From positions 1,070 to 65,069 of the forward strand of contig CBFHYP010000011.1 in NCBI GenBank assembly GCA_965660095.1: a stretch of DNA of 64,000 nucleotides, written 5' to 3'. A model generated the notes under the pieces. That model ran no database searches. It worked only from the letters and a program-made list of their open reading frames with translations, and was not told the origin of the DNA. The translations under genes and the position numbers were made by a program. The DNA comes from Candidatus Puniceispirillaceae bacterium (GTDB lineage Bacteria; Pseudomonadota; Alphaproteobacteria; Puniceispirillales; Puniceispirillaceae). This document shows, in pieces, positions 21,963-32,294 of the stretch (position 1 is the first letter of the stretch; every line of letters begins with the position of its first letter).

Positions 21963-22607
21963 TTATGCGGCGGCTGTACGAACAGCAGCAATAAATTCAT
22001 CAATCAAGGCGATATCTTTGATACCTTTTATGCGTTCAACCCCTGAGGATATATCCACAGCATCTGGTTGTGCTGTATATATCGCCTTGTGCACATTACC
22101 CGCATTTAACCCGCCTGCCAGCATCCACGGCATTGCAGCTGAAAAATCATCTAGCATGGTCCAGTCAAAACTTTTCCCCAAACCCCCGGGGATATGGGCA
22201 TCGGCCGGCGGGGCAGCATCAAATAATATCCAGTCACAATAACCGGTGAAGTGAGACGCATTTTCAACATCCTTTTGAGCGGATATTTTCACCACTGGCA
22301 TCACGGGAATGCCAAATTTTTGCTGTATTGCATCAGCCCGCATTGGGGTTTCATCCCCATGGAGTTGCAGCATATCTGGCTGTGCCGCCGACACAATATC
22401 TGTCAGCATTGCATCGCTTGCATTGACGGTTAAGGCGACATGCTTCATTTCACCATTTGTTAAGCTGACAAGCTGTTCAGCCTGTTCAAGCTGAAGATGC
22501 CGAGGTGATTTTTCAAAAAACACAAACCCTACCCATTCCACCGCATGTCGGGCGCAATGTGCGTAAGTATTTGTATCTGTAATGCCGCAGATTTTTATCT
22601 GTGTCAT
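21963..22607 (-). CDS. trpF: phosphoribosylanthranilate isomerase
   Basis: Starts MTQIKICGIT and is 214 aa. It lies upstream of trpB-trpA, matching alphaproteobacterial trpFBA-accD-folC synteny. Confidence 0.9.
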   Translation of the reverse strand: MTQIKICGITDTNTYAHCARHAVEWVGFVFFEKSPRHLQLEQAEQLVSLTNGEMKHVALTVNASDAMLTDIVSAAQPDMLQLHGDETPMRADAIQQKFGIPVMPVVKISAQKDVENASHFTGYCDWILFDAAPPADAHIPGGLGKSFDWTMLDDFSAAMPWMLAGGLNAGNVHKAIYTAQPDAVDISSGVERIKGIKDIALIDEFIAAVRTAAA

Positions 22608-22900
22608 GTGAGTTGCCGTCTCTGCTCAGATGGTTCTGCTGATTGGCTAAGGGTGTTAATCTGCCGCTTTAGCCGCCATATGTGTGATTTATAGAACAGA
22701 ATCCTAATCCAGAATATGCCTGCCCCAATAACCAGCCCAACAGCAACCGAGCCAAGGATTAACACCCATGTTTCAAGCTCAAGCCCTTGCTGTGATGGCC
22801 AGAATGAGATGCGTGTAAGGTGCTTGTTTAAGGTCACAAACAAAGCCACACATCCAAAGATGATAATGCCGCAAATAAGCCTGAAAAGATTATGAAGCAT
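22604..22900 (-). CDS. LapA-domain (DUF1049) inner-membrane protein
   Basis: 98 aa with two predicted TM helices. It follows ihfB and overlaps the trpF start, the usual alphaproteobacterial arrangement. Confidence 0.7.
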   Translation of the reverse strand: MLHNLFRLICGIIIFGCVALFVTLNKHLTRISFWPSQQGLELETWVLILGSVAVGLVIGAGIFWIRILFYKSHIWRLKRQINTLSQSAEPSEQRRQLT

Positions 22901-22982
22901 ATTTAAGTCCCTCTAGCTGACTAAAAGCCACATAAGGGTGAGGCGTGTCGCTTATAAGGTGTCAAGCTAAGTGCGATTGAGA

Positions 22983-23267
22983 TTAGGCATCTCGATTTAA
23001 GCGTTCTTTCATGCCTTTGCCCATTTTGAAAAAAGGCATACGCTTTGCTTCAACGCTAACCGCATCACCTGTTCTAGGGTTGCGTCCAACACGTGCTTTA
23101 CGCTCACGAATAGAAAACGCGCCAAAGCCTCTCAACTCAACTCTGTCCCCATTTACAAGGGCAGTTGTAATCGTATCAAAAACGGTGTTCACCAGATTTT
23201 CAATATCCCTATGATACAGGTCTGGGTTTTGCTCAGCGAGACGGGCAATCAATTCAGATTTAGTCAT
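22983..23267 (-). CDS. ihfB: integration host factor subunit beta
   Basis: 94 aa: [11 protein letters not shown]...[26 protein letters not shown]. Confidence 0.95.
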   Translation of the reverse strand: MTKSELIARLAEQNPDLYHRDIENLVNTVFDTITTALVNGDRVELRGFGAFSIRERKARVGRNPRTGDAVSVEAKRMPFFKMGKGMKERLNRDA

Positions 23268-23383
23268 GCTATTTTTTGCCTGCTAGTATTTATACAAATT
23301 TACAGCTTTAAAAATGACCTGTTTTACATTTAAGGTCAAGCTGAATGACCCATTGTCTGAGCTTCAAGCACTATCTAGGGCAT

Positions 23384-23418
23384 AAAAAATCCCCCTAGCA
23401 GTTATCCTGCTAGAGGGA
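23384..23418 (-). terminator. Rho-independent terminator downstream of rpsA
   Basis: On the minus strand the sequence reads CCCTCTAGCAGG-ATAA-CTGCTAGGGGG followed by ATTTTTT. Confidence 0.75.
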
Positions 23419-23443
23419 TTAATCATGTTTCTAGCAATACGCT

Positions 23444-25186
23444 TTATTCTTGCGAATCACCATCTTCTTTCTTTGCAAGCGCTGCGCCAAGGATATCACC
23501 CAAGCTTGCACCGCTATCTGAAGAACCGAAATCAGCCATTGCTTTACGTTCTTCATTGATTTCGCGTGCTTTGATAGACAGGCCTAGATTGCGCGACTTT
23601 TTGTCAAACTGAACCACAGTAGCGTCAATCTTCTCATCTACTGCGAATCTATCTGAACGCTGCTCGCTCCGCTCGCGTGATAAGTCACCACGCTTGATAA
23701 AGCCAGTTAGGTTTTCACCTACACGTACTTCAAGACCTTGTTCAGTTACTGCAGTGATTGTACAGGTGACAACTTCACCCTTCTTAATCTTATCTACATC
23801 ACCTGCAAATGGGTCTTCAGTAAGCTGCTTGATCCCAAGTGAAATACGCTCTTTTTCAAGGTCGATTTCAAGGATTTTCGCTTCGATATTGGCGCCTTTT
23901 TCAAACCCTTCAAGGGCTTCTTCACCGCTATGTTCCCAAGAAACATCAGACAGGTGAACAAGGCCGTCAATCTCACTATTTAGGCCAACAAAAATACCGA
24001 ATTCAGTGATATTTCTAATCTCACCAGTAATCACAGTTCCAACTTCATTGTTATTCTTGAAGTCTTCCCATGGGTTTGGTGTGCACTGTTTCAGGCCAAG
24101 GGAGATACGTCTTTTGACCATATCAATATCAAGCACAACCACATCAATTTCCTGTGAGGTTGATACGATCTTGCCAGGGTGAACATTCTTCTTCGTCCAG
24201 CTCATTTCTGAAACGTGAACAAGACCTTCAACACCTTCATCAAGCTCTACGAACGCGCCATAGTCAGTGATGTTTGTTACGCGGCCATTTAAGCGTGTGC
24301 CGATAGTGTATTTCTCAGCTGCTGCTTCCCATGGGTCTGACTGCAACTGCTTCATACCAAGGGAAATACGCTGTGTTTCAGAATTGAAACGAATCACCTG
24401 AACATCAACAGTCTGACCAACAGTAAGGGCTTCTGATGGGTGGTTGATACGCTTCCACGCAATATCCGTAACGTGCAGCAAACCGTCAACACCGCCCAAA
24501 TCAACGAATGCGCCGTAATCAGTGATGTTTTTAACAACACCTTGTAGCAATTGACCTTCTTGAAGGTTTGATACAAGTTCACTTCTTGCTTCTGCCCGTG
24601 ATTCTTCGAGAACAGCACGGCGTGAGACAACGATATTGCCTCTGCGTCTGTCAATTTTCAAAATCTGGAATGGCTGTGGTGTACCCATTAATGGGCCAAC
24701 ATCATGGATAGGTCTGATATCCACTTGGCTGCCAGGAAGGAAAGCAGTTGCCCCTGAAAGGTCAACAGTGAACCCGCCTTTAACACGGCCAAAGATAACG
24801 CCTGTTACACGCTCTTGTGCTTCAAAGGCATTTTCTAGGATTACCCAAGCTTCTTCGCGGCGCGCTTTCTCGCGGCTAAGTACAGCTTGTCCGTCTTTAT
24901 CTTCCATGCGTTCAACATATACTTCAACAGTATCGCCGACTTGGACTTCAGCTGACTGGCCTGCAATGCCGAATTCTTTTAATGCAACACGGCCTTCTGA
25001 CTTTAGGCCAACATCAATTGTTACATAATCATCGTTAATGGCAACAACACTACCTTTAACAACACTGCCTTCAATGCTGGTATCTTCTGAGAAAGTTTCA
25101 GCAAGTAAGCTAGCAAAATCTTCAATAGCGGGATTTTCCGCAGTGGTTTGTGACACGTTTTTCTCCGTAAAAGCATCCGGGCTCAT
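23444..25186 (-). CDS. rpsA: 30S ribosomal protein S1
   Basis: Six S1 repeats are present (for example GVVKNITDYGAFVDLGGVDGLLHVTD). The start is placed at MSPDAF... (25186). The track ORF extends to 25279, and the alternative MYGK start is at 25213. Confidence 0.93.
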   Translation of the reverse strand: MSPDAFTEKNVSQTTAENPAIEDFASLLAETFSEDTSIEGSVVKGSVVAINDDYVTIDVGLKSEGRVALKEFGIAGQSAEVQVGDTVEVYVERMEDKDGQAVLSREKARREEAWVILENAFEAQERVTGVIFGRVKGGFTVDLSGATAFLPGSQVDIRPIHDVGPLMGTPQPFQILKIDRRRGNIVVSRRAVLEESRAEARSELVSNLQEGQLLQGVVKNITDYGAFVDLGGVDGLLHVTDIAWKRINHPSEALTVGQTVDVQVIRFNSETQRISLGMKQLQSDPWEAAAEKYTIGTRLNGRVTNITDYGAFVELDEGVEGLVHVSEMSWTKKNVHPGKIVSTSQEIDVVVLDIDMVKRRISLGLKQCTPNPWEDFKNNNEVGTVITGEIRNITEFGIFVGLNSEIDGLVHLSDVSWEHSGEEALEGFEKGANIEAKILEIDLEKERISLGIKQLTEDPFAGDVDKIKKGEVVTCTITAVTEQGLEVRVGENLTGFIKRGDLSRERSEQRSDRFAVDEKIDATVVQFDKKSRNLGLSIKAREINEERKAMADFGSSDSGASLGDILGAALAKKEDGDSQE

Positions 25187-25404
25187 GATATAGGGCAGAT
25201 TATTTTTGCCGTACATCTTCTTTCTTGCTGGAATAAGAAAGAAATTTATCACTCTGAAAACGGATAATGAGCGAGCCATTGGCTCTGATATTCACTATCA
25301 GCTGATAAACTTAAGGTCATCTAAGCGGATGCGATATGACTCTCCAGCTTGGTTTAAGTTACAATGTCCGACGAGCATTCAGAGACTGCATATCGGACAG
25401 GTTA

Positions 25405-26064
25405 TTATGCACGCATTGGCTCAAGCAAATTTTTCTCTGCTAGAACGTTTAGCGCTAGATTTAAAACTTCTTCGGCGTTCATGTTCGATGAGTCAATAAA
25501 AAACGCATCATCTGCTGCAATTAATGGAGCTACTGTGCGGTTTTTGTCACGACAATCACGTTTGATAATATCTGAAAGCACCTCAGAATACTCAATTTCA
25601 TATCCAGAAGCCTCTAATTCTAAATGGCGGCGGGTCGCTCTTATATCGGCGGCCGCATCTACATAGAATTTAGCATCTGCTTCAGGGACAATAACAGTGC
25701 CGATATCTCTGCCATCCAAAACAGCGCCGTTGCCTGATGGCGGGTGATGTGCAAAATTCCGTTGCTTCTCTAACAAAGCTTGTCTTACGGCTGGAAGGGC
25801 TGCGAGTGCCGATGCACCTTCTGCAATATCTGAGCTGCGCAATTTGGATGCAACAAGCGCGGATAAATCTAACTGCTCAGCATATGTTGCCAGCTCCGCC
25901 TCACTTGTTTGTTCAATATCTAAGCCAGCTTCAAGCAGATTATGGGCGATCCCGCGATACAGCAGTCCTGTATCCAGATAATCCAGCCCTAATTTCATCG
26001 CAATGGTTCGGCCCAAAGTGCCTTTGCCAGAAGCTGCTGTTCCATCGATTGCAATAATCATCAT
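25405..26064 (-). CDS. cmk: cytidylate kinase
   Basis: P-loop IAIDGTAASGKGT. It is 219 aa and sits between aroA and rpsA. Confidence 0.93.
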   Translation of the reverse strand: MMIIAIDGTAASGKGTLGRTIAMKLGLDYLDTGLLYRGIAHNLLEAGLDIEQTSEAELATYAEQLDLSALVASKLRSSDIAEGASALAALPAVRQALLEKQRNFAHHPPSGNGAVLDGRDIGTVIVPEADAKFYVDAAADIRATRRHLELEASGYEIEYSEVLSDIIKRDCRDKNRTVAPLIAADDAFFIDSSNMNAEEVLNLALNVLAEKNLLEPMRA

Positions 26065-27431
26065 TGCACGTCCATTCCATCACGCATATCAGCCCCTGCC
26101 GCATTCATCAGTGTGTGAAAGCCAGGGAAGCTAGTTGCGATCGTTTCAATATCAGTTACTTTAATTGGCGATTTGCTCACCATACCTAAAATCAGAAAAG
26201 ACATTGCGATACGGTGATCATGGCTTGAATTAATCGTAGCGCCACCTGCAATCTGTGTGCCGCCTGTCACGGTTAGGCTGTCTTGTGTTTCTGAAACCTC
26301 AACACCGCATGCTGCTAGCCCTTGTGCTGTGGTTGCAATTCTATCTGTTTCTTTGACGCGCAATTCAGCAACCCCCGACATAAAGGTTTTGCCTGTTGCA
26401 GTTGCAGCGGCAATCGCCAAAATAGGATATTCATCGATCATCGATGCGGCACGTTCTTGTGGCACAGTAATCCCTTTGAGCTGACTTGATTTAACCTGCA
26501 AATCAGCTACCGCCTCACCGCCTTCAATTCGCTCATTTATAATCGTAATATCCCCGCCCATATCTATCAAGGTGGTGATAAGCCCCGTGCGTTGCGGATT
26601 CATGCTGATAGCGGGCAGAAAAACATCACTATCTGGGGTGATAAGCGCTGCTACAATCGCAAAAGCTGCTGAGGATGGATCACGCGGTACATGAATATCC
26701 TTTGCAATCAGGTTTTGGCCGCCGTTAAGCCGAATGCGGTGCCTGCCATCCTCAAGATGTTCTTGGCTAATTTCCACCCCAAAATGACGTAGCATAGATT
26801 CGGTGTGGTCACGCGAGATATGCGGCTCTGTGATAATGGTCTCAGAACGTGCATTTATCGCCGCTAACATCAGTGCAGATTTGATTTGTGCAGATGCAAC
26901 AGGCGTATCGTAATCAATTGCAAGCACAGGGTCTGCACCGGTGATAGCGACAGGCAAAAACCCTTTATCTGCATTTTTTGGCTCATATTCGACTTGCGCG
27001 CCCATTTTTTCCAGCGGGTCAGTTATTCTGCGCATCGGACGTGATGACAAGGAAGGGTCACCTGTGAATTGCGCTGTGATAGGCTGGCCTGCTACAGCGC
27101 CCATCAGCAATCTCACCCCTGTCCCTGCATTACCTAAATCAAGCGGCTTTGCTGGGGAGATAAAACCTGCATTGCCGACACCATCAATACAAATACGGCC
27201 ATCTGCTTCTTCTGTGATATCTACACCCAAGTCTCTCATCGCTTGCAAGGTTGAAAGTACATCCTCGCCCTTCAACAGGCCAGTAACATAGGTTCTGCCT
27301 ATTGCCATGCCGCCCAGAATAAGCGCACGATGCGATACAGATTTGTCGCCAGGAATGTCTATAGTACCTGTCAGCGCGTCACAGGCATGAGATACCAGAG
27401 ATGATGTCACGTAATTTTCCAATTTCTGCAT
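26061..27431 (-). CDS. aroA: 3-phosphoshikimate 1-carboxyvinyltransferase (EPSP synthase)
   Basis: 456 aa with PGDKSVSHRALILG, LGNAGTGVRLL and a RVKETDR-type motif. Confidence 0.95.
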   Translation of the reverse strand: MQKLENYVTSSLVSHACDALTGTIDIPGDKSVSHRALILGGMAIGRTYVTGLLKGEDVLSTLQAMRDLGVDITEEADGRICIDGVGNAGFISPAKPLDLGNAGTGVRLLMGAVAGQPITAQFTGDPSLSSRPMRRITDPLEKMGAQVEYEPKNADKGFLPVAITGADPVLAIDYDTPVASAQIKSALMLAAINARSETIITEPHISRDHTESMLRHFGVEISQEHLEDGRHRIRLNGGQNLIAKDIHVPRDPSSAAFAIVAALITPDSDVFLPAISMNPQRTGLITTLIDMGGDITIINERIEGGEAVADLQVKSSQLKGITVPQERAASMIDEYPILAIAAATATGKTFMSGVAELRVKETDRIATTAQGLAACGVEVSETQDSLTVTGGTQIAGGATINSSHDHRIAMSFLILGMVSKSPIKVTDIETIATSFPGFHTLMNAAGADMRDGMDVQ

Positions 27432-27689
27432 GCTTTAATCATCTAAAGCAGCGCACAGATTTGAGTTAAGTACACGCCTTTTTGCGTTGTTATTTCTTGA
27501 ATGCGTGCCTTTTACACTGATGATGCAGATTTGGCAAAACAATTTTAGGTGAATGGTGTTCTTAGACCCATAAAGAGGGTTTTTTTCATTAAAATAATCA
27601 TCTTTAGTGAAAATTCTTTTGACAGCATGCAGATTTTAAGCTTTATCCCTGTGACACAGGAATTTTTGGTTATTTATAGGAGCTGGTAG

Positions 27690-28112
27690 ATGAGTGCAGC
27701 AGAACTAGGTCAGAAACGACGCTGTAATTCGTGTGGTATGAAATTTTATGATTTCAAAAAGACACCTATCATCTGTCCTAATTGCAGTACAGAGTTTGAC
27801 CCTGAAAGTCTGTTGAAAAGCAGACGCGGACGCGGGGCAGCCAAGGCTGTAGAAGTCAGTGCAACTGCAAAAGATGAAACAAAAGACGAAGATGAGCTTC
27901 TTGCTTCAGAAGATGAGGATTTTGAATCTGAAGACAGCTTTAATGATGGTGATGATCTGCCAGCAGATGATGATGGTATCATTCCTGTGCAAAGCGACGA
28001 TGATGATGAAACCGAACTTGATGAAGGTTCAACAGATTTTATCGATGTGCTGGATAATGAAGATGATGTCGAACTCGGCTCAGATGACGAGCTAGAGGAT
28101 GATGAGCAATAA
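27690..28112 (+). CDS. TIGR02300-family zinc-ribbon protein with poly-acidic tail
   Basis: The N-terminus is KRRCNSCGMKFYDFKKTPIICPNCSTEF (CxxC...CxxC). The C-terminal ~80 aa are dominated by D and E. Confidence 0.8.
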   Translation: MSAAELGQKRRCNSCGMKFYDFKKTPIICPNCSTEFDPESLLKSRRGRGAAKAVEVSATAKDETKDEDELLASEDEDFESEDSFNDGDDLPADDDGIIPVQSDDDDETELDEGSTDFIDVLDNEDDVELGSDDELEDDEQ

Positions 28113-28255
28113 GACTAGGGTCATTACCTTGGGCTACCGTTGACACCTGATCTAGTCAACGAGAGAGATTAATCTTGCTTGAACATGCCAAAATGAGGTA
28201 GAAATTAGGTATCATATATGCTGTTTCGGCGATGATAACAGCATGATGGAAATGG

Positions 28256-28331
<76 letters not shown>

Positions 28332-28340
28332 ACTCCATCA

Positions 28341-28401
28341 CATAAATAGCTTGCACTGCACATAAATTAGCCTGCACTGCACATAAATAGCCTGCACTGC
28401 A
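28341..28401. repeat. three tandem 20-21 bp direct repeats (CATAAAT(T)AGC(C/T)TGCACTGCA)
   Basis: Read directly as cataaatagcttgcactgca / cataaattagcctgcactgca / cataaatagcctgcactgca. They start 10 nt after tRNA-Ala and end about 60 nt before the lptB stop. Confidence 0.9.
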
Positions 28402-28462
28402 CAGGCATCACATTTTTAAAAAATCTCATAAAGCGATAATAGCCCAAGAGTTGGGCGGATGC

Positions 28463-29254
28463 TTAAATTGAGAATTGGTTTCCAAGATAGACTTGGCGAA
28501 CACCTTCATGCTGGATGATTTCTTGCGGGGTGCCATGCATCATCAGCCCGCCATCATGAATAATATAGGCATGCTCAACAATCCCAAGCATTTCGCGTAC
28601 ATTATGGTCGGTAATTAAAACCCCAAGACCATGTTGCTTAAGCTGAATAATCAAATCTCGAATTTCACCAATAGCGATAGGGTCAATCCCTGCTAGTGGC
28701 TCGTCTAACAACAGAAATGCAGGGCGTGCGGCAAGTGCACGCGCAATTTCAAGTCTTCGGCGCTCCCCACCAGACAAATTGACCGCCGGCGTATTGCGCA
28801 AATGCCCGATACCAAACTCAGCAAGCAATTCTTCCAGCATTACATCTCTTAATTCAGGGTTTTTCTCACCAACTTCTAAGACAGCTCTGATATTTTTTTC
28901 AACAGATAGCCCGCGGAAAATGCTTGATTCTTGCGGTAGATACCCAACCCCTAGCCGAGCACGCTGAAACAAAGGGGTTTCAGTAACATCCATACCATCT
29001 AGAAAAATGGCGCCTTCATCACATGGGATAAGACCTGTAAGCATATAAAAGGTGGTGGTTTTGCCAGCACCATTTGGACCAAGCAATCCAACAACCTCAC
29101 CTCTTCTCACCCCAAGAGAGATATTGCGGACGACACGCTTATTCCCAAAATGCTTGCCAAGTCCTCTAGCCTGAAGCCCTTTATTTTCAGCAACAAGCCG
29201 TATCGATTCTGACCCATCTTGCTGGCGTTCCTGAAAATTGTGAATGGTTGACAT
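28463..29254 (-). CDS. lptB: LPS export ABC transporter ATP-binding protein
   Basis: Walker A is GPNGAGKTT, the signature is LSGGERRR and Walker B is LLLDEP. It is 263 aa and lies downstream of lptC-lptA. Confidence 0.93.
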   Translation of the reverse strand: MSTIHNFQERQQDGSESIRLVAENKGLQARGLGKHFGNKRVVRNISLGVRRGEVVGLLGPNGAGKTTTFYMLTGLIPCDEGAIFLDGMDVTETPLFQRARLGVGYLPQESSIFRGLSVEKNIRAVLEVGEKNPELRDVMLEELLAEFGIGHLRNTPAVNLSGGERRRLEIARALAARPAFLLLDEPLAGIDPIAIGEIRDLIIQLKQHGLGVLITDHNVREMLGIVEHAYIIHDGGLMMHGTPQEIIQHEGVRQVYLGNQFSI

Positions 29255-29399
29255 AAGCCGGTCTCTTGGTGAAAGCTATTTCGCTGCTACAGAAGCGCGC
29301 TAACAGCATGGTGTTAATATTATGGTGTTAATACTTTAGATTTGGTTCATATATCATCGTGTAAACTATTGGAAGATAACATATAAAACCCTTCATACC

Positions 29400-30248
29400 C
29401 TAATTTTGTGATGTTGTAAAACGTCCTGATATGCGTTTGCCTTGGGTTGGCGAAAGCATACGGCTAATGCCTGAGGTAAAATCAATTTCAGCGCGCTCCC
29501 CTGTTAAGACACTGTCTTTTTCTGAAATAACAACATTACCTAAAAATAATGCGGTGTTTGCAAGCTTGTCATAATCAGCTTTATCTGAGGTAGCGACCTG
29601 TCCATTAGGTTGTTTAACAACAACATTTCCTTCTGCATTAATCGTGGTCACATTCTGCTGATCATCTAAAGAAACGGTGACGAAATCGCCTGCAAGCTCA
29701 CGCCCATCATTCAGCACAATCATCGCATTGTCTTTCAGCGTGATTTTATTGTCTGATTTCTCATAAAAGATACTTTGCTGGGCAGACGCATTTCCATCTG
29801 GTCCTGAAATGTTCGCATTTGGGCCATTTAGCAAATAGCTTTCTTCGGTTTTGTTATAATCTAATTTCTGACCTTGCCCTTGTTGCTGCTGGTCAATAAA
29901 ACGTACATTACCTTCACCAATAATCCGTATGATGTCTTGGCTATCACTATTTGGGTCATAAGTTGCGGTAAGGGTATCTGCATCAATGCGCTGGCTACCT
30001 TGTTCTGCGCTGGCATTGCCGACCGCCTTATATTGCCCTTTTTTCTGGTCCCATTCCAATGAGGTAGAGGCTTCAACAACTAAATCACGCTCTGAAGCGG
30101 TTGTTTGTGCTATGGCTAGTGGGCTTATCGCCATCCAACTTGCCGCAAGCATACTAAGGCAGGCCATATTCAAAAACCATTTTTGGTGAAGCAGGTTATT
30201 ATTCGCAATTGCCAGTGAGAAGCGTGTGAAACATCCATCAAGGGTCAT
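29400..30248 (-). CDS. lptA: LptA/OstA-family periplasmic LPS transport protein
   Basis: Repetitive beta-jellyroll-like sequence, positioned between lptC and lptB. The likely true start is M28 (30167), giving the signal peptide MACLSMLAASWMAISPLAIAQ. Confidence 0.75.
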   Translation of the reverse strand: MTLDGCFTRFSLAIANNNLLHQKWFLNMACLSMLAASWMAISPLAIAQTTASERDLVVEASTSLEWDQKKGQYKAVGNASAEQGSQRIDADTLTATYDPNSDSQDIIRIIGEGNVRFIDQQQQGQGQKLDYNKTEESYLLNGPNANISGPDGNASAQQSIFYEKSDNKITLKDNAMIVLNDGRELAGDFVTVSLDDQQNVTTINAEGNVVVKQPNGQVATSDKADYDKLANTALFLGNVVISEKDSVLTGERAEIDFTSGISRMLSPTQGKRISGRFTTSQN

Positions 30249-30272
30249 GTGATTTTCCTATGGGTGAGGTGG

Positions 30273-30944
30273 TTAGGGTTTATCAGATGGTGAAGGCTTA
30301 ACAATAAGTTTTGTTTGGCCTGTAAATAAGAAATAATTGCCGCTATCGCGTGCACTCATGGATTGCGAGGTGAGGTGAAGGGTAGGGCTTACAAGTACTA
30401 CATTTTGAGGGGCATCAAACCGCCCTTGTCCAATATCAGCTTCGGCATATTCTGTGCGCAGGGTTAAATCATTTTCACTTTGATAGATAACCACATCGCC
30501 GCGCATATTCATCTGGTCTTTATTTGCGAAATAAACAGCTTGATTAGCGCGCAGTTTTGTTTCTTGATTATTTTCACCCTGCAGATTTCCATCAGGTGCT
30601 ATCAGGGTAATCTCACCACTACCTGCTTGGCTTTCGCTGGCTTTTTCAGCTGTGATAACATAGCGTTTTCCGGTTGTAGTGGTGCCTGCATAACGCGCGC
30701 CTGTCATCTCAATCCCTGAGGTTTTGGTGGTGGCAACAGACTGTACAGAGATTTCTATCGTATTATCGTCATTCAGAAAATTCGTCCAAATGATGGCCAG
30801 AATACCTGAAAAAACAAGGCTAGCTGTCAGGATCAATAATTTACGCTGAGAGCGCACTGCCCGTGGGGTAGCAGCAGGCCTGATATCTGCTGAATCACGT
30901 GGTGCAAAAACAGTGGTTTTTTTAGTCTCTGGACTATCTGTCAT
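30273..30944 (-). CDS. lptC: LPS export system protein LptC
   Basis: A single N-terminal TM anchor (LLILTASLVFSGILAIIW) is followed by an OstA-like domain. It lies immediately upstream of lptA. Confidence 0.75.
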   Translation of the reverse strand: MTDSPETKKTTVFAPRDSADIRPAATPRAVRSQRKLLILTASLVFSGILAIIWTNFLNDDNTIEISVQSVATTKTSGIEMTGARYAGTTTTGKRYVITAEKASESQAGSGEITLIAPDGNLQGENNQETKLRANQAVYFANKDQMNMRGDVVIYQSENDLTLRTEYAEADIGQGRFDAPQNVVLVSPTLHLTSQSMSARDSGNYFLFTGQTKLIVKPSPSDKP

Positions 30945-31005
30945 CTATGGTGCACCTTAACTTGCATTTACCTAAGCGTGATGTCGTCATGTTTTAATCA
31001 TGGCC

Positions 31006-31617
31006 TTAGTGATGGAAGATATCTACATCTTCAAAACCGGATAAATCCAGTTTGACCCGGTGGATAAGAAAATCAAAACTGGCTTCAGCTAATGCCATGC
31101 GGTCTAGGCGTTTCAGCATCATTTCAAGCTTTTCGGCAATCTGATGTAGATATAACACATCCCCTGCCGCATATTTTTTTTGTGCTTCAGTGAGGGTGTC
31201 TGCACCCCAATCTGATGATTGTTGCTGTTTGGAGATTTCGATTTCAAGCAATTCACGCGTTAATTCTGCCAAACCATGCCTGTCCGTATAGGTTCGGGTG
31301 AGTTTCGATGCGATTTTTGTGCAAAAAATAGAACCGCGCACAGGGCCAATATCGCGCATCAAAACAGCTAAATCAAATCGCCCAAAATGAAATAATTTAC
31401 TGATTTTTTCGTCATTAAGCAGTTTGGCAAGGTTAGGAGACGGCGCTTTATTGGCAGCAATTTGCACAAGATGGGCATTGCCGTCACCTGATGAAAGCTG
31501 TACCACGCATAATCTATCTCTGGTAAGCTTTAGCCCCATTGTTTCAGTGTCGATAGCAACCTTATGTCCTAGATCAAGCGTTGCTGGTATATCGTCTTGA
31601 TAAAGCGTGATACTCAC
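31006..31617 (-). CDS. 3'-5' exonuclease, short RNase D-like (DEDDy)
   Basis: Contains VAIDTETMGL, FHFGRFDL and YAAGDVLYLH exonuclease motifs. 203 aa. Confidence 0.8.
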   Translation of the reverse strand: MSITLYQDDIPATLDLGHKVAIDTETMGLKLTRDRLCVVQLSSGDGNAHLVQIAANKAPSPNLAKLLNDEKISKLFHFGRFDLAVLMRDIGPVRGSIFCTKIASKLTRTYTDRHGLAELTRELLEIEISKQQQSSDWGADTLTEAQKKYAAGDVLYLHQIAEKLEMMLKRLDRMALAEASFDFLIHRVKLDLSGFEDVDIFHH

Positions 31618-31718
31618 TGATTCACCTTTCCTGTAAAGATGCTAAACCGCCGCGAATTTATGTGATTTCACAGTAACGCAAATGGAATTAGAAAAACAGA
31701 GAAATTCTAAACTAGTGC

Positions 31719-32294
31719 TTATAGCTCTAAGGTGCTCACCACATCATCTTGCTCTGGCCGGCGGCGTGGTTTTGGCGGCTCAACGGCCTTACCAACATAA
31801 ATGAAACCTGCGATTTGGTCATGTTCAGTATCGCCGCCTAAAGCATGAAGCATGTTATCATTATAGCTATACCATTCTGTCACCCATTGTGCGCCATACC
31901 CTAATGCTAATGCTGCAGTGAGCAGATTTTGGCACACTGCACCTGCAGAAAGATGCATTTCCCATTGCGGTATTTTGGCATGTGGGGGTGCTTTTGAGAT
32001 AATCGCAAAGATTAGACCGGTTCTGCAAAATCTGTTTTCTTCAAAATCTAGCATAGTCTCTGTTGCATCTGGGTGCAGGCGCAAAAATTCTGGGCGCAAG
32101 ATATGGGTGCCAAGTTTCTGGCGTGTATCGCCGGTGATGATTTTAATATGCCAAGGCCCTAAAACCCCGTGATCAGGCACCCGCAAGCCACATGCAATCA
32201 TATCCTCTATGTCTTGTTGCGGGATATCTGTGGGGCGCAAATTTTTTACAATCACAGAACGGCGTTCTTTTAAAAACGGAATAACTTCAGACAT
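31719..32294 (-). CDS. nitroreductase-family flavoprotein
   Basis: 191 aa. The N-terminal LKERRSV motif and overall pattern fit the nitroreductase fold. Confidence 0.75.
   Translation of the reverse strand: MSEVIPFLKERRSVIVKNLRPTDIPQQDIEDMIACGLRVPDHGVLGPWHIKIITGDTRQKLGTHILRPEFLRLHPDATETMLDFEENRFCRTGLIFAIISKAPPHAKIPQWEMHLSAGAVCQNLLTAALALGYGAQWVTEWYSYNDNMLHALGGDTEHDQIAGFIYVGKAVEPPKPRRRPEQDDVVSTLEL

Noticed and set aside
21774-22242. Plus-strand ORFs (90 and 125 aa) spanning the trpB-trpF gap
   Set aside because: They mostly overlap trpF and trpB antisense and show no motifs. The 170-bp gap is better explained as an intergenic spacer within the trpFBA cluster.
28341-28401. Possible CRISPR array
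   Set aside because: The three 20-21 bp units are directly adjacent with no spacers, and no cas genes are present. This is a simple tandem repeat.
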